Shown here: piece after piece, positions 9,348 to 18,531 of the stretch
Layout of the letters: every line of letters starts with the position of its first letter
How positions within the stretch are numbered: the stretch's first letter is position 1
Source: Pelosinus propionicus DSM 13327
Lineage (GTDB): Bacteria > Bacillota > Negativicutes > DSM-13327
Length of the DNA stretch: 64,000 nt
Reading direction: 5' to 3'
Assembly: GCF_900114615.1 (NCBI RefSeq)
Contig: NZ_FOTS01000012.1
Location: forward strand, 1-64,000
The notes under the pieces: generated by a model
The model's input: the letters and a program-made list of their open reading frames with translations, nothing else
The model's database searches: none
Told to the model about the DNA's origin: nothing
Position numbers and translations under genes: made by a program

Positions 9348-9725
9348 ATGTATCCTGGTAAAATCATTAAAAAATATATTTTGATGGCAGTGGGCTGTCT
9401 TTCATTATTCCTTGGCATTCTAGGTATATTTCTTCCCCTGCTGCCAACTGTGCCTTTTCTTTTACTCACTGCGTATTGCTTTGCTCGCAGTTCTAGGCGA
9501 CTGTATAATTGGCTGATTCACCATAAAACATTTGGCAGCTATATTTATGATTACCAAACTTACCGGGCCATTAAGCGAAAAACGAAGATTATGGCGATAT
9601 GTTTTTTGTGGGGATCGCTGGGGCTTTCAATGAGTTTATTGTCTGACGTGTATATCTGCCTTTTATTAACTCTTTTAGGGATGGGTGTGACATTCTATAT
9701 TCTCTCATTGCAGACTTTAAAATAA
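9348..9725 (+). CDS. DUF454 (YbaN-like) small inner-membrane protein
   Basis: LGILGIFLPLLPTVPFLLLTAYCFARSSRRLYNWL is characteristic of the YbaN family. Confidence 0.65.
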   Translation: MYPGKIIKKYILMAVGCLSLFLGILGIFLPLLPTVPFLLLTAYCFARSSRRLYNWLIHHKTFGSYIYDYQTYRAIKRKTKIMAICFLWGSLGLSMSLLSDVYICLLLTLLGMGVTFYILSLQTLK

Positions 9726-9730
9726 TAAGT

Positions 9731-9775
9731 ATAAAAGGGACTGTCTCAAATGCAAAAGCATGGGAGGCAGTCCTA
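9731..9775 (+). terminator. Hairpin terminator after the DUF454 gene
   Basis: GGGACTGTCTC...GGGAGGCAGTCC stem followed by a T-rich tail. Confidence 0.4.
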
Positions 9776-10008
9776 TTGTTACATAGATGCTATATCAAAA
9801 GTAATTAGTAGTAAAATTTGTAGTAGTTAGAGGTAGAGGAAAGAAATGACTATTTTAGAAGGGATAAGTAGAATATATTATATGTTGTTGAACGGAACGA
9901 AGAGTGGCAGTGATTAGTAGAAACAAGGTCTTAAAGATATATTGTAGTAATAAGAATCCAATATAGAGTCATAGTTTTCGTAGAATAATATTCAGTTGAG
10001 GTGAAGAG

Positions 10009-10797
10009 ATGATTAACGAAATAACCAGTGAATTAACACGGATTGAATCAGAAAACGGAGTTAAGATTTTATATGCTGTTGAATCTGGCAGCCGGGGTTG
10101 GGGCTTTGCTTCAAAGGATAGCGACTATGATGTGCGGTTTATATATATTCGTCCGTTGGCAGACTATCTTAGTATTGAGGACCACAAGGATTTTATAGAG
10201 GTACCCATCAATAGCCTTTTAGATATTAATGGTTGGGATATTCGAAAAGCTTTGAGATTATATCGAAAATCCAATCCACCACTTATGGAATGGCTGAGTT
10301 CACCTATTGTATATAGAGATGAACATTCCTTGGCTGAGAAGCTTAGAACATTGAGCGTGGAATATTTTTTGCCAGTGCCTTCGCTGCATCATTATTTAAA
10401 CTTGGCAAAAAAGACATTTCAGGAAATGCTTATAACAAAGCAGGTTAGAATTAAGAAGTATTTTTATGTGTTAAGACCCCTTATGGCCTGCAGATGGATT
10501 GATACATACCAAACGATGGCACCTATGGATTTTCATAAGTTAATGGCTGGTCTAAGGATTGAAGAGGATATTCGGGCGGGAATAGACAGTCTGATGGAGC
10601 GCAAGCTTATCAGCATAGAATCCGATATTGAGCCAATCAATCAGCAGTTATATCAGTATTTTAGCGAAACCATTGCTTATTATGAGGATAAAATTCGTCT
10701 TTTACCCAGAAAAGATCATCCAGAAAAAGCAGCATTAGATGCATTATTTTGCAAGATAGTAAAGGAGGCCTGGGCTGGAGAAAGTACATCTAGCTAA
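10009..10797 (+). CDS. Pol-beta-superfamily nucleotidyltransferase, RlaP-like (COG3541/PF10127-type), copy 1
   Basis: GS-x10-DxD signature ESGSRGWGFASKDSDYDVRFIY. This family is described as associated with RtcB RNA-repair operons. Confidence 0.6.
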   Translation: MINEITSELTRIESENGVKILYAVESGSRGWGFASKDSDYDVRFIYIRPLADYLSIEDHKDFIEVPINSLLDINGWDIRKALRLYRKSNPPLMEWLSSPIVYRDEHSLAEKLRTLSVEYFLPVPSLHHYLNLAKKTFQEMLITKQVRIKKYFYVLRPLMACRWIDTYQTMAPMDFHKLMAGLRIEEDIRAGIDSLMERKLISIESDIEPINQQLYQYFSETIAYYEDKIRLLPRKDHPEKAALDALFCKIVKEAWAGESTSS

Positions 10798-10804
10798 AGA
10801 CGTT

Positions 10805-11803
10805 ATGGATATTCAAAAGATCAAAGAGAAAATAAATAGCACAGAATATGATTTCCTACGGAAAAACAGGAATCTTGGTGATAGAATGATTCTACTGACC
10901 ACAGGAGGTTCATATGCCTATGGCACTCATGTGGAAACCAGCGATACTGATATTCGAGGGATTGCTGCAGAACGAAAAGAAGAACTGTTAGGGCTGTCAA
11001 ACTTTGAGCAGTTTGAAGACCGTATTACAGATACGGTAATTTATGGTCTCCGCAAGACCGTAAACCTTGCCCTGGCTGGAAATCCTAATATTTTAGAGAT
11101 GCTGGGCACTCGCGAAGATCACCTGTTGATTTTAACCGACGAAGGCAAATGTTTACGGGATCATGCAGATCTATTTCTATCAAAGAGAGTAATTCAGAGC
11201 TTTGGGAATTATGCCACTGCTCAGCTAAGACGGCTCCAAAATGCACTGGCCCGGGACAGTTATCCCCAAGCAGTAAAGGAACAGCATATGTTAAATAGTA
11301 TACAGGGACAGATGCATCATTTTAAGCAAAAATACCATCAATTTATGAATGAAGAAATTAACCTGTATATCGACAAGTCTAACAAAGAGGATTATGAAGC
11401 AGAGATTTTTATGGATATCAACTTGAAACATTATCCTTTGAGAGATTTTAAATCGATTTACTCAGAGATGAGCAATGTAGTTAAGGATTATTCCCAATTG
11501 AATCACCGCAATAAAAAGAAAGATGCATTGAAATTGAATAAACATGCGATGCATCTGATTCGGCTTCTGATTACAGGTTCAGAGATACTTCAGGGTAAGG
11601 GGATACATACCTATAGAGCTGCTGAGAGGGATTATCTTTTAGAGATTAGAAGTGGGAAATTTACCTATGAAGAGATTTTTGCAGCCGTTGATAAATTAGA
11701 AGCTGAATTCAAATATGCGGCGCAAAATACGGTTCTACCAGATGAACCTAACCATAAGGCAGCAGAGGAGCTTCTCATCTGTATTTATGAAAAAATGCTT
11801 TGA
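10805..11803 (+). CDS. Pol-beta-superfamily nucleotidyltransferase, RlaP-like, copy 2 (diverged paralog)
   Basis: TTGGSYAYGTHVETSDTDIRG is the same GS...DxD signature. Confidence 0.6.
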   Translation: MDIQKIKEKINSTEYDFLRKNRNLGDRMILLTTGGSYAYGTHVETSDTDIRGIAAERKEELLGLSNFEQFEDRITDTVIYGLRKTVNLALAGNPNILEMLGTREDHLLILTDEGKCLRDHADLFLSKRVIQSFGNYATAQLRRLQNALARDSYPQAVKEQHMLNSIQGQMHHFKQKYHQFMNEEINLYIDKSNKEDYEAEIFMDINLKHYPLRDFKSIYSEMSNVVKDYSQLNHRNKKKDALKLNKHAMHLIRLLITGSEILQGKGIHTYRAAERDYLLEIRSGKFTYEEIFAAVDKLEAEFKYAAQNTVLPDEPNHKAAEELLICIYEKML

Positions 11804-11850
11804 CGATTTAAGCAGGGAAATAAATATCCTATCTAATAAGGAAACCTCCT

Positions 11851-11882
11851 GTACCATTTCGCATTGAAATTACAGGAGGTTT
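11851..11882. terminator. 12-bp-stem bidirectional terminator between convergent genes
   Basis: AAACCTCCTGTA-N8-TACAGGAGGTTT. Confidence 0.5.
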
Positions 11883-11907
11883 ATATGGATATGATTGTTT
11901 ATGTAGT

Positions 11908-13017
11908 TCATGAATTCTTAATGGCAAGGAGTGAATTCAATTGTTCAAGCAGACTGCTATTGCCAGTTAAAGAAATATGACCAATTTTATCGCAGATCTT
12001 TTCTAAGAATTCGAGTTCCTTAAGACGGAAGAGGGTTTGATTTTCTTCCATTAGCTTGGCGGTATTTAACAGACTCCTGGTTGATGCCGTTTCTTCCCGG
12101 CGTGTAATCACGTTAGCAAGGGCTTTTTTTTCAGCAATAAGGACTGTATTTAAAATATCCTTAATTTCACCAGGAAGGATAATATCTTTCACACCAGCAA
12201 ACAGAAATTCTACACCGTAATTCGGTCCTTTTTCTTGAAGGGCTTTTAATACATAGGCAGCAATCTCCTGTTTCATCTTTAAAAGGTCGTCAAGCTTACG
12301 TGTTCCCACATATTCGCGCAGAATAAGCTGCAGCAGGATGTATAGTTGTTGCTCGTAATCTTTCACTTCTACTACTACTTTTAAGGCATCGGTTATTTTA
12401 TATTGACAGACGAAATTAAACCGTATTGGTATTTTGTCTTCTGTCATAATTTCCTGGCCGTTAATTTCGATCTCGCGTTTGCGCATATCCACCTTAGTAA
12501 TATCGATCTTGCTGAAACCAAGCCAGAAATAATGTCTGCCTGGCTCAAGAGTACGCTGCAGAATGTTATTGAAAAATAGTATGCCTTTCATATGTGGCTC
12601 AATATCATATACCCCGCAGTAAGGTTTAAGTTGTGGTATAGCAAGCAGATCCTTGTCTATATGATCATGGATTTCTGGATCGCTTATCGTAACAACTGTA
12701 AAAGTATGCTTTTCTAAAGGTGTCCAAAAGGCATACTTTCCAGTGTTAAGAACCACTTGAAATTTATCATTGACATAATGGAAGGCAATTTCCTTGTCTG
12801 CTACATCGATAATAGCAAGCTCGCTGCATAGATCAGCGTCTTGCAAGAACATATCTAAATGATAACCAGCAATGTAAAATGGTTTGGTTATATCTAGAAT
12901 CTCTACTTTAGTTTGAGAAAAGGGTATTATAAAATGTTTCCCAGGTTTTAAATTGCCTCTATAGTTACCATCTTTAAAGAGTATGCCGCGTTCATGGTCT
13001 CTAATTGTTATTCGCAT
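11908..13017 (-). CDS. SPFH/band-7 (stomatin/prohibitin/flotillin-like) domain protein, apparently a tandem SPFH architecture, no TM
   Basis: Two GxxxKxGxHFxxPF-like starts (GILFKDGNYRGNLKPGKHFIIPF; LEPGRHYFWLGF). The C-terminal block VVVEVKDYEQQ...ILREYVGTRKLDDLL...ITRREETAS is typical of SPFH. Confidence 0.6.
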   Translation of the reverse strand: MRITIRDHERGILFKDGNYRGNLKPGKHFIIPFSQTKVEILDITKPFYIAGYHLDMFLQDADLCSELAIIDVADKEIAFHYVNDKFQVVLNTGKYAFWTPLEKHTFTVVTISDPEIHDHIDKDLLAIPQLKPYCGVYDIEPHMKGILFFNNILQRTLEPGRHYFWLGFSKIDITKVDMRKREIEINGQEIMTEDKIPIRFNFVCQYKITDALKVVVEVKDYEQQLYILLQLILREYVGTRKLDDLLKMKQEIAAYVLKALQEKGPNYGVEFLFAGVKDIILPGEIKDILNTVLIAEKKALANVITRREETASTRSLLNTAKLMEENQTLFRLKELEFLEKICDKIGHISLTGNSSLLEQLNSLLAIKNS

Positions 13018-13295
13018 AATGTATCCTCCTCCGAATAAAAAATATGAAAAATTTATGAATATTCATTGTTATACCTTTCTCTTAGGAATCCCACAGACTT
13101 TTTAGCGGAACTTTGATTCAGCATCAAGATTTACTGTACTGAAGACTGCAAAGGGTATAGGCATATGCCTGATCTCTTGACGGTCTTGAGTGCAGTTGAC
13201 TTATGCGGTATCCTCAAAATCACAGAGCCAAAGCCTGCTGCGTGTTTGGCGGTTAGCCGCGAAATACGCAGGGAATTCCTTTGATTCAGGTGTTT

Positions 13296-13323
13296 AAAAA
13301 GGAAAGACTTGAAAGGTCTTTTT
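13296..13323 (-). terminator. Intrinsic terminator (minus strand) ending the structured RNA downstream of rtcB
   Basis: On the minus strand: AAAGAC-CTTTCAA-GTCTTT followed by CCTTTTT. Confidence 0.5.
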
Positions 13324-13497
13324 CATGTGGGGAGTCGAACCCCATTCCCAAAGGGAATTTACCAATGAAGACTCTACCTCTGAGTTAACCGTAGCAGCTA
13401 CGGTGGAGGAATCGAACCTCCGACACTTCAGTTCAGACCGTTCCTTTGGTATACCCTGCAGCAGAGCTGTGGGCACCGCCAGGCTTTTGAAACCTTA
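13324..13497 (-). ncRNA. Candidate Y-RNA-like (YrlA-type) tRNA-mimic ncRNA, possibly two tandem modules
   Basis: The minus-strand transcript holds two perfect T-arm motifs, GGAGG-TTCGATT-CCTCC and (U)GGGG-TTCGACT-CCCC(A). Each is embedded in nested helices (UUCAU/AUGAA closing stem; AUUCCC-UUU-GGGAAU; 7-bp ACCGUAG/CUACGGU hairpin). No anticodon arm or CCA acceptor is present. It lies immediately 3' of rtcB and is followed by a terminator. Confidence 0.4.
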
Positions 13498-13553
13498 GCA
13501 TGAAAAGTAAACGGTAAAATATATCGTAAAATATACTTCCAATAGTAAGGGCT

Positions 13554-14789
13554 TCAACCTTTAACTACACCGATCGTACGAAGTTTTTTTACCGGTGTGA
13601 TAAGATCAAGCTCATTTGCAATAACAGTATCAATATCTTTATAGGAATAGCGTGATTCTTCTGCGATATCAGTTTTACTGTTCTTACCGAGAACAACACC
13701 ACCGCTTTTTAAATCTGTTATTACTTCTTCAACAGAGAAGCTTTCTCTGGCTTTGGTTCTTGACATACGGCGTCCTGCACCATGGGAGCATGAAGTAAAA
13801 CTTTCCGCATTACCTTTGCCTTCGACAAGATAACTATAGGAGCCCATGGCACCAGGTATAATGCCAGTATCGCCTTCACGTGCCCTAATGGCACCTTTTC
13901 TGTGAACCCAGACATTTTTGTCGTAGTGATTTTCAATAGCGGCGTAATTATGATGGCAGTTAATATAACTGGAATACTCTGGTTGTACACCTCCGGAACG
14001 GATGACCCATCCGTCTATCATTCTTGTTATATCACTCATCATTCGGTCCCTGTTTTCCCGAGCAAATGATAATGCTAAATTCATCCAATCAATATAGGAT
14101 TGGCCTTCAACACTATTCACAGGTAAAAAGGCAAGTTGGTAGTTGTCTGGTACAAGAGAGAACCATTGTTGGTTATGTTCTCTTGCCACAGAGTGGAAAA
14201 ATTTACAGATTTGGTGTCCCAGATGTCTGCTGCCAGAGTGTAGCATAATAGCTACCATACCATCTGCATCCTCCTGCAGTTCAATGAAATGATTGCCGCC
14301 ACCTAAGGTACCTATTTGGTAGTAGCTCTTTTCTATTTCGGGAATCAATTCTTTTGCAAAAGAGTATGTATCTATATTGGATAGTGCTGTATCTATTGTG
14401 GATGAGGTTTGCTGCTTCTTATGAGATCTGAATCCTAAAGGAATATTTCGTAAAATGTCGCCAACGATGCCTTGCAGCAATGAACCGTTAGGTGTAGTTG
14501 TATTTTTGAGAAATGCTGCTTCAATATTGGTTTGCATATAAGCCATCCCGCATCCGATATCCACGCCGACAGCGTTGGGAATGACTACGCCATCTGTGGC
14601 AATCACACCGCCGATCGGCATCCCTTTGCCAGTATGTGTATCTGGCATTAGGGCAACCCATTTATGTATAAAAGGAAGATTGGATAGATTAGTAGCTTGC
14701 TCTAAGCATCCTTCTTCTAGAATATCCTTATCACTTAGCCAGACCTTTATTGGGTGGCTGTTTTTTTGTTTGTCATAAATTGTATACAT
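13554..14789 (-). CDS. rtcB: RNA-splicing ligase RtcB (3'-phosphate/5'-OH RNA ligase)
   Basis: GGGNHFIELQ and multiple His/Cys metal ligands; C-terminal ...SHGAGRRMSR. Start at MYTIYDKQ (ATG 14789) after an AAGGAGATGA RBS. The ORF-track start at 14819 is an upstream extension. Confidence 0.85.
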   Translation of the reverse strand: MYTIYDKQKNSHPIKVWLSDKDILEEGCLEQATNLSNLPFIHKWVALMPDTHTGKGMPIGGVIATDGVVIPNAVGVDIGCGMAYMQTNIEAAFLKNTTTPNGSLLQGIVGDILRNIPLGFRSHKKQQTSSTIDTALSNIDTYSFAKELIPEIEKSYYQIGTLGGGNHFIELQEDADGMVAIMLHSGSRHLGHQICKFFHSVAREHNQQWFSLVPDNYQLAFLPVNSVEGQSYIDWMNLALSFARENRDRMMSDITRMIDGWVIRSGGVQPEYSSYINCHHNYAAIENHYDKNVWVHRKGAIRAREGDTGIIPGAMGSYSYLVEGKGNAESFTSCSHGAGRRMSRTKARESFSVEEVITDLKSGGVVLGKNSKTDIAEESRYSYKDIDTVIANELDLITPVKKLRTIGVVKG

Positions 14790-14926
14790 GAAATCATCTC
14801 CTTGGCTATAATTTACCATAGGATTGATCAGGCATCATTAAAAAAAGTTTGCGAACTTCAAGGAGTCGTTGACAATTATTGCTAGGATGATATGATTAAA
14901 ACAACCAAAATGTAAGGGTGATAGAC

Positions 14927-16183
14927 ATGGCCGGATTTACGGAATTAATAAAGAACTTCGATAAAATAAGAGACTATACTAGAGATTTTTTTGTGTACGG
15001 TTATAAGTGTAGAAATGATTACACCAGAAAGAGCGGTAGAAGCTACGATAATGAAAGACGAAGAATAGAGAGCTATCTTTCTGGATACATCAAATGGGAA
15101 ACTAATTCCCGGGGGAAAAATATATTTATCAGCACGGATACGTCGGATCTTTCTAGTAATCCTCTCTTTTCCATGTGGGAGGCAAAATCTTTTACTAAGA
15201 ATGATTGCCTGTTGCATTTTTGCCTGCCTGATATACTAAGGGAAAATCCTGGTTTAACAGCAAAAGATGTGGCAGGTATTTTGAGTGAGCAATACCTGTT
15301 TTGTTTTAATGATTATGATATGTTGGATGTCATGACAGTTCGTAATAAGCTCAATGAATATACAGTTGCTGGTTTATTCAGCACAGAAAAAAAAGGTAAA
15401 ACTTTGCACTATTCCATAAATCAAAGCCTATTCGATCAAGCCGATCCTTCTGTAATAAACAACCTTCTATCTGCTTTGCAGCTTTTTGAGAATGTTGTTC
15501 CCGCTGGGGTTTTGGGCTACTTTATTCGACGGGATAGAGGCAAAAGAGAAGATATATTTTCCTTTCGTCATATCTTCATGTCACACACACTGGATGATGA
15601 GGTATTGATTACGATTGCTAATGCAATGGATTGTAAAAAAAGCATACGCTTTGCAAACTACAGTTCTCGGTCTAAGACCCATTCAGTGGAAACTGTACTT
15701 CCGCTAAAAATTGCTACCAATGTAAGGCATGGACGAAGATTTTTGCTAGCTTATAATCTTAGGATGCGCAGGCCGTTTTCCTATCGCTTGGACTATATTA
15801 AAAACCTTGAAATTTTAGAGGTAAGTGATATCTATGAAGCAAAATTGGCAGAACTTGAAAACCGATTGCCTTTTTCATGGGGAGTAGCCCTTGGCAAAAA
15901 AACGCAGATGGAGAAAGTTGAAGTAATTCTTCATATTGATGAGATAAGGGAAGGATATGTTCTTATAAGACTGAAAAGAGAAGGAAAAAATGGCACAGTT
16001 GAAAAAATAGGATATCATACCTTTGCTTACCGGAATGAAGTGTTTGACACTATGGAAATGGTTCCTTGGCTTCGAACCTTTATTGGGCGAATTATATCTG
16101 TCAAAGGATCGAATAAACCAGTCATTCAGCGGTTTATTGATGATATTGACCGCATGGCAAACTTGTACGACGAAGAGCAGTGA
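14927..16183 (+). CDS. HTH-WYL-domain transcriptional regulator (PafB/PafC/BrxR-like), copy 1
   Basis: WYL-like block IRFANYSSRSKTHSVETVLPLKIATNVRHGRRFLLAYNLRMRRPFSYRLDYIKNLEIL and an N-terminal wHTH-like region. Divergent from rtcB, with a TTGACA-N17-TATGAT promoter at 14865. Confidence 0.55.
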   Translation: MAGFTELIKNFDKIRDYTRDFFVYGYKCRNDYTRKSGRSYDNERRRIESYLSGYIKWETNSRGKNIFISTDTSDLSSNPLFSMWEAKSFTKNDCLLHFCLPDILRENPGLTAKDVAGILSEQYLFCFNDYDMLDVMTVRNKLNEYTVAGLFSTEKKGKTLHYSINQSLFDQADPSVINNLLSALQLFENVVPAGVLGYFIRRDRGKREDIFSFRHIFMSHTLDDEVLITIANAMDCKKSIRFANYSSRSKTHSVETVLPLKIATNVRHGRRFLLAYNLRMRRPFSYRLDYIKNLEILEVSDIYEAKLAELENRLPFSWGVALGKKTQMEKVEVILHIDEIREGYVLIRLKREGKNGTVEKIGYHTFAYRNEVFDTMEMVPWLRTFIGRIISVKGSNKPVIQRFIDDIDRMANLYDEEQ

Positions 16184-16209
16184 GAGTGGTGGAGTAGATA
16201 ACAAATTGT

Positions 16210-17256
16210 ATGGTATATGCGATTAGGCGAAAGGGAGAGGTTTTTATTTTGGAGATTTTTAATGAAATACATAGTCGATATTTTTATATTATAAGTGAAA
16301 TTCTAAAAGCTGCTTCCTTAAGTAGCCTACATAGTAAGGATATTGCTAGGATAGTTGCTAAGTTAGGTTTTGCCGAAACCGCAGTGACCCTGCCCGAAAA
16401 ATTAGTAAATGCGAATGGGGAAGGCTATTTTGTACTGAAAGAAGAGTCTTCCAGATATACGCCAGTCTTAAAAGGCGATCCACCCCTTTTATTAACGGAG
16501 TATCAAAAACGGTGGATTCGAACAATTGTAAAGGATAAACGCTTTTCCCTATTTATAGATGAAAGTCAATATCAGCTTTATGAAGAACTGCTTTCCGGCG
16601 TTGAACCTTTGTATGATAGTCAGCACTTTATAACGGTTGACATGGCCAATGATGGTGATGACTACGAAAGCAAGGAATACAGAGGGATTTTTAAATCAAT
16701 AATGCAGGGTATACAAGATAACAAAATTATTCTCATTACATATGAAAGTGGTAAAGGTAACCGCCTTTCCGCATACTTTGCTCCTTATAAGCTAGAGTAT
16801 TCTATTAAGGATGACAAATTTAGACTATGCGGGATACGAGTTAGGCAAGGTAGAATGAGAAGCCTCTATAAACTAAACCTTTCCCGAATCAGTTCGGTGG
16901 AAGTCATGGAATATAATAGACCAGAAAATCTTGCTAGCTATATTAAAAGCCTTCGTATGCCACTACCAGTAGAAATAGAGATTACAAATGAGCGTAACGG
17001 TTTTGAACGAATCTTTACCCAGTTATCCAACTTTGAGCGTGTTTCAGAATACGATGAAAATACTAAAAGATGTCTAATGAAAATTTATTATTATGAGGTC
17101 GATGAGATGGAACTACTCATAACCCTTCTTTCTTTTGGACCGGTTGTCAAAGTGATTGGTCCCGACCACTTCAAGGAGCAATTAATCGGGCGCATAGCAA
17201 GACAGAAACAATTGCTTACAATGCTAGATGAAAGATATGTAGAAGGTAATTCATGA
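16210..17256 (+). CDS. HTH-WYL-domain transcriptional regulator, copy 2 (probable partner of copy 1)
   Basis: HTH LHSKDIARIVAKLGF. WYL-like block ILITYESGKGNRLSAYFAPYKLEYSIKDDKFRLCGIRVRQGRMRSLYKLNLSRISSVEV. The start may be the TTG at 16249 after an AAGGGAGAGG RBS. Confidence 0.55.
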   Translation: MVYAIRRKGEVFILEIFNEIHSRYFYIISEILKAASLSSLHSKDIARIVAKLGFAETAVTLPEKLVNANGEGYFVLKEESSRYTPVLKGDPPLLLTEYQKRWIRTIVKDKRFSLFIDESQYQLYEELLSGVEPLYDSQHFITVDMANDGDDYESKEYRGIFKSIMQGIQDNKIILITYESGKGNRLSAYFAPYKLEYSIKDDKFRLCGIRVRQGRMRSLYKLNLSRISSVEVMEYNRPENLASYIKSLRMPLPVEIEITNERNGFERIFTQLSNFERVSEYDENTKRCLMKIYYYEVDEMELLITLLSFGPVVKVIGPDHFKEQLIGRIARQKQLLTMLDERYVEGNS

Positions 17257-17286
17257 GATAATTAACCAGGAAAGGTATGGATACAT

Positions 17287-18531
17287 ATGCTAGAAAAAGA
17301 GTTTGTAAGAAAAATCAATAGGATTCATGGTGCGGCATATGTTGTTGGTGGATGGGTTAGAGATTGGATTAGAGGAGTTATCCCTAAAGATAAAGATTAT
17401 GTGATTACTGGTGTGCTTGAAGAGGATTTTAATGAATTGTTTCCACAAACAATTAAAATAGGCAAGTCCTTCCCTGTATATTTGCTAGAAATCAATGGCG
17501 AGTCTTGTGAAATTGCATTTGCCAGGCAGGAACGTAAAACGGGTGTAGGTTATAAGGGGTTTGAGGTTTCCTTTGATAAAAGTATCCGTATTACGGATGA
17601 TCTATATCGTAGAGATACAACGATGAATAGTATTGCCTTTGATTTACAAACGCTTGAACTGATAGATCCATTTCAAGGTAAGCAGCACATTGCTGAACGA
17701 AAGATATTCCCCACTTCACATCATTTCAAAGATGATCCAATTCGGGCGCTGCGAGCAGCGAGACAATCAGCACAGTTTGATTTTTCCATTGATGAATCAA
17801 CAATTGCGTTGATGAAGGAATGCCGGGAAGAATTAACGAGCGAGCCTAAAGAACGATTATTTAATGAACTGGACAAGGCTTTACAATCGAATAAGCCATC
17901 GCTATTTTTCTTAGCATTACAACAGGCTAATTTGTTGGATATCACGTATCCTCCAATTCATGCATTAATTGGACAGACACAACCCGTCCAGTATCACCCA
18001 GAGGGAGATGCCTTTAACCATACCATGGATGTTGTAGATCGGGTCTCGGAGCTCAACCCCAGAATTGAGGTGCGATTTGCAGCATTAGTACATGATCTTG
18101 GCAAGGGACTGACGCCAAAGGAGAAATTGCCAACGCATCATCTGCATGATGTGCTGGGGCTTGATGCCCTAAAGGCGTTCGATAAGCATATTGGATTACC
18201 TAATAAGTGGATAGCATGTGCAGAGTTTGTCATCCAGCACCATATGCGTGTCAATAAATTAAAACAAAAAGGTAAAATCGTTGATTTTATCCTTGCGTTA
18301 CATAAAAATCCAATTGGTGATAAAGGATTTAGTGATGTTTTGCTCGTTGACAATGGAAGTCTGCCAGATTGCTTGCTGAATTTCGAGAAATATATTACTG
18401 CAATTAAGACGGTAAAGGGCAATGATGCACCGAGTGAGTTGCAAGGGAAAGAGATAGGGGATTGGATTAGGCAGCAACAGATTAAAGCATATGGTCAGCA
18501 AAAATGGCTTTCTAAGATTAATGATAGATAA
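17287..18531 (+). CDS. cca: CCA-adding tRNA nucleotidyltransferase (class II Pol-beta NTase with HD domain)
   Basis: N-terminal GGWVRD and head motifs (RRDTTMNSIAF); HD-domain HxxHD (HHLHDVLG). Confidence 0.8.
   Translation: MLEKEFVRKINRIHGAAYVVGGWVRDWIRGVIPKDKDYVITGVLEEDFNELFPQTIKIGKSFPVYLLEINGESCEIAFARQERKTGVGYKGFEVSFDKSIRITDDLYRRDTTMNSIAFDLQTLELIDPFQGKQHIAERKIFPTSHHFKDDPIRALRAARQSAQFDFSIDESTIALMKECREELTSEPKERLFNELDKALQSNKPSLFFLALQQANLLDITYPPIHALIGQTQPVQYHPEGDAFNHTMDVVDRVSELNPRIEVRFAALVHDLGKGLTPKEKLPTHHLHDVLGLDALKAFDKHIGLPNKWIACAEFVIQHHMRVNKLKQKGKIVDFILALHKNPIGDKGFSDVLLVDNGSLPDCLLNFEKYITAIKTVKGNDAPSELQGKEIGDWIRQQQIKAYGQQKWLSKINDR

Noticed and set aside
13296-13497. Canonical tRNA gene or tmRNA
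   Set aside because: There are two T-arms but no anticodon stem-loop of the correct geometry, no 7-bp acceptor closure with discriminator/CCA, and the length and layout do not fit tmRNA. It is called a tRNA-mimic ncRNA candidate instead.
10009-18531. Presence of rsr (Ro60), rtcA or the sigma54-type RtcR in the RNA-repair island
   Set aside because: No ORF in the window has TROVE/vWA, RNA 3'-phosphate cyclase or AAA+ sigma54-activator motifs. Their absence is therefore noted rather than called.
17287-18531. Treating the CCA-adding enzyme as a dedicated member of the repair island
   Set aside because: Class II CCA enzymes with HD domain are the housekeeping cca in Firmicutes. Adjacency may be coincidental, so it is reported as context only.
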